From the NCBI RefSeq assembly GCF_001194135.2, contig NC_068983.1, forward strand, positions 67,903,802 through 67,940,756: 36,955 nucleotides of DNA. The letters run 5' to 3'. This DNA comes from Octopus bimaculoides (lineage: Eukaryota). Shown here one piece after another: positions 33,755 to 36,955 of the stretch. The notes under the pieces are model-generated. The model was not told the origin of the DNA, searched no databases, and saw only the letters and a list, made by a program, of their open reading frames with translations. Both the position numbers and the translations under genes were made by a program. The number at the start of each line of letters is the position of its first letter. The stretch's first letter is position 1.

Positions 33755-33960
33755 TACAGTAAGGATGAAGCCTTTTTCTGTTTTAACGCCAGCTCCTTTG
33801 AGTCGGTGGTGTGTCCTATGAAAGTCTACATCAGCATCCTTTATTCTTTCTGCGTATTTTCTGTGCATTGCCTTTTTTCTCCTATTTTGCATTTGTTTCT
33901 GTACTTGATTTTTAGTTGCCTTTTTTATTCTTCAGTCATAGCTGGTACACTTTCCAGTGC
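33755..33960 (-). mobile_element. R4/Dong-like LINE fragment (region between RT and zinc knuckle)
   Basis: Minus strand KKAMHRKYAERIKDADVDFHRTHHRLKGAGVKTEKGFILTVQDILL, homologous in pattern to MHGQF..W..K..LKPET...I.AA.E in the 2307-3219 element. Confidence 0.65.
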
Positions 33961-34825
33961 GTACTTCTTTTAATGATGATATAGTGTGATCTGAGGGGGA
34001 ATTTAGCTGTTATTTCTAGCGAGTAATGAGTTCCCATTGGCATGAGAGGCTCCCTTTTGATGAGGTAGATGTATCAGCGGTGGTAATGGTTGTGGTGATG
34101 CTGATGATGGTGGTTCTAGTCGTACCAGAACGCCAGTTCTGGTACTGGTGTTGGTGTTAATTTTTGTTGTTGTTGTTTTTTGCTGTTTTAATGATGATGA
34201 TAGTGGCGCAGCTATCAGATGAGTGGTGGGGGGTTGCTGGTGGTGCTGGTGGTGCTGGCGGGGTGTAAATGACGATATGGGAGATTGTGGTGTGAAAGTA
34301 TTAAGAAAATAAAAACAAACAAAAGAATGCAAGAAAAAACAATACGAAATAGAAGAAGAAAAACACAAAAACACATCGTGCCATTAAACAGCCAAAATGG
34401 CTGTGTAATGGCAAAATTTCAAGTGATGAAAGAGAACTTAGTCCTACTGACCCAGGCTGGTCCAAAACAGACTCCACTAATTAACGGCTTTATTGAGAAA
34501 CAGTGCTGATGCCCAACTTACCCTAACTGCACCTAATTATCTACCTTGACCTACCTCTTCTTTAGTTTAGCCTCACTACCTGGCAAGATGATACACATAG
34601 GAAACTAGTTCCTCTGTTTAATGTCTGCAAAATAGGCGCAACGCCATGCCTTTTTTTCTTTTTCGGCTTTTTTCTTTTTTAATTGAATGGTTGTGATTGT
34701 TGACACCTTTCACTTGGAATATATTTTCATATTCTGGCGTATAATGTTTTTTTTTTATCAAAGAAACCTAAATAAGTCAGCTAAAGGAATGCTTTATATG
34801 GTGAGTGAGGAAATTAGCAGAAATT

Positions 34826-34955
34826 TAAGGCGATAAATTGGCAGAATCATTATAGCGTCAGATAGAACGCGATGCAAAAATTTTTCGCACCATAAGTTCA
34901 ATTCTCGTTGGCATTTACTTTGCCTTTCATCCTTTCGGGTTGGATAAATAAACTG
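34826..34955 (+). mobile_element. SINE family 1, 5' part
   Basis: aaggcgataaattggcagaatcatt..aagttcaattctcg..actttgcctttcatcctttcgggttggataaataa. Confidence 0.68.
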
Positions 34956-35293
34956 TCTGCTTTTAGACGCAACATTCTCTCATTCCAGCAATCAGATCTT
35001 GAACATTCTACTTAGCCAAGCGTAGAAGTACGAAGAGGACGCCTGAGTTCACTCGACACTGCATGGACATCCAAAGTCATTAGCAAAGACATCGGTGTAT
35101 GATGGTACTAAGGTATCTTTGTTTGCGGATGACAGATGTTAGGTTTGATGTCAGGAATTTGATACAGAGATTTTCTTTAGTGAATGTGATCAGGAGAGTA
35201 ACCACTTATTTAACAGAGCTGAATATCTGTGTATGCGTGCATAACTATATACGTATGTGATAGAAACACAAACAGATAGACAAATAGACGGAG

Positions 35294-35587
35294 AAGGCGC
35301 GTGACCTAGTGGGTTTTTACACACACAATCGCAACATCGGATTTTCGATTCCAGATAGGTAGTGCGTTATGTTCTTGAGTAAAAAGCTTCATTTCACTTT
35401 ATTCTACTTCATTCAGTTGTAAATGGGTAACCCTGCACATGACTGACGTTCTGATCAGGAATATCGGCGTGCCCACCTAGCTAACGGAGCGGCATCATTC
35501 GAAAGCTACATCAATGCGAGATAGCGCATTGTGATCAGTGGTGTATAACAACATCCAATAGTTTCTTCGCTATAGTGATACAATGTC

Positions 35588-35624
<37 letters not shown>
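35294..35624 (+). mobile_element. tRNA-derived CORE-like SINE with (GATA)n tail
   Basis: Head aggcgcgtgacctagtgg..ttttcgattccag, core gttatgttcttgagtaaaaagcttcatttcac, ending in (GATA)n at about 35588-35624. Confidence 0.6.
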
Positions 35625-35625
<1 letters not shown>

Positions 35626-35634
35626 TATGATATA

Positions 35635-35636
<2 letters not shown>

Positions 35637-35713
<77 letters not shown>

Positions 35714-35725
35714 TGTGTGTGTGTT
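35637..35725. repeat. (GT)n microsatellite
   Basis: Direct reading. Confidence 0.98.
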
Positions 35726-36279
35726 TATAAGCATGAAGTCTGGTGGTATGAGACGACGTAAATATATATTTACCTGACCATGTGAATTCTATAGGATTAC
35801 GGCCGTTTCCCAACCTTCACGCAGTATGAAAGAAATTATGCGTATACGGTTGCATTAATATGTATACTTAGCATTATAAAATACAATAGTATATTCAGAA
35901 ATTAATCCAAATAAAAAAAAAGCGTCATCAGATCGCCGGAACATCATGATTACACCAACAATTCAACTCTCTATATACACACATTTCCACTTTATATATA
36001 CACTGTATGGAAGGCCGGAAATGGAGAAAATTGGATTAATTTATTCTGTAAAAGTAGAAATATATTATATTGTTTCATAACAATTAAGTTAAAGTATTAG
36101 ATAGAATTATGAGGAATTATATAAATGGGAAAGACAAATGGTTGAATAAATATATATTTACCTCCAGACTGTATATTTTTATATACTCCTCATAAAATAA
36201 TTTCCACTCTCAGATATCCTAAATTTTCAGTCATATGGACACACTACATTACACTTCATTGTAATTATCTATCACTATG

Positions 36280-36280
36280 T

Positions 36281-36369
<89 letters not shown>

Positions 36370-36650
36370 NNNNNNNNNNNNNNNNNNNNNNNNNNNNNNN
36401 NNNNNNNNNNNNNNNNNNNNNNNNNNNNNNNNNNNNNNNNNNNNNNNNNNNNNNNNNNNNNNNNNNNNNNNNNNNNNNNNNNNNNNNNNNNNNNNNNNNN
36501 NNNNNNNNNNNNNNNNNNNNNNNNNNNNNNNNNNNNNNNNNNNNNATATATATATGTTTGTGTATATATATATATATGTATATATACATGTATATATATG
36601 TATATATGTGTGTATGTATGTATGTATGTATGTATAAATTTATGAATTCA
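36280..36650. repeat. (CA)n/(TA)n/(TATG)n microsatellite spanning gap 36370-36545
   Basis: Direct reading. Confidence 0.95.
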
Positions 36651-36664
36651 TATGTGTTTGTGTG

Positions 36665-36860
36665 AGGGCGCATGACCAAGTTGTTAGAGTGTTGCTATCG
36701 TGAGAACGTGATTTCAATTCCTGGACTTGGTGGTGCATTGTGTTCTTGAGCAAAACACTTCATCTCAAGTTGCACTGCAATCACTTCGACATCTTTAGTG
36801 TGGTACCGTGCGGTAATTGAACTTTCACACTTCGCCTTCGACAGGAGATTCCATCGTAAT
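36665..36860 (+). mobile_element. tRNA-derived CORE-like SINE, degenerate
   Basis: agggcgcatgaccaagttgttagag..gatttcaattcctgg..gcattgtgttcttgagcaaaacacttcatctca, same head and core type as 28725-29020. Confidence 0.6.
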
Positions 36861-36878
36861 GTGTGTATGCTCATAATT

Positions 36879-36912
<34 letters not shown>

Positions 36913-36955
36913 TGTGTGTGAGTTATTACGTCATAGGAACTTTTTATAAACTTTC

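Noticed and set aside
35095-35142. VYDGTKVSLFADDRC, resembling an RT YADD motif
   Set aside because: No upstream PQG..L.P.LF motif or downstream RT motifs in any frame. Too short to call a LINE fragment.

Overview
This is AT-rich, microsatellite-dense animal genomic DNA from a gapped short-read assembly. About 4.9 kb is N, and nearly every gap is flanked by simple repeats. The SINE sequences and repeat landscape point to an octopus (coleoid cephalopod); this is recognition from memory, not a database result. No intact protein-coding gene, rRNA, true tRNA or CRISPR array is supported. The window is mostly decayed mobile DNA. DNA transposons: a Tc1 5' fragment with its TIR, a near-complete Chapaev3-like transposon with both termini, a long hAT (SPIN/Charlie-type) transposase fossil missed by the ORF track, a hAT MITE, and a pogo/Tigger C-terminal fragment with a PIP-box. 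Retroelements: two RTE-clade LINE 3' fragments ending in paired C2H2 fingers, four R4/Dong-like RLE LINE fragments, and more than 15 tRNA-derived SINE copies. The only host-gene candidate is a low-complexity minus-strand ORF at 88-558. The most notable structures are a chain of retroelements strung along (TAA)n arrays (about 2.3-7.9 kb) and SINEs that share and swap head, core and tail modules, one tail resembling the 3' end of the local RTE LINE. I found no evidence for a wholly new biological system, so interest scores are moderate.
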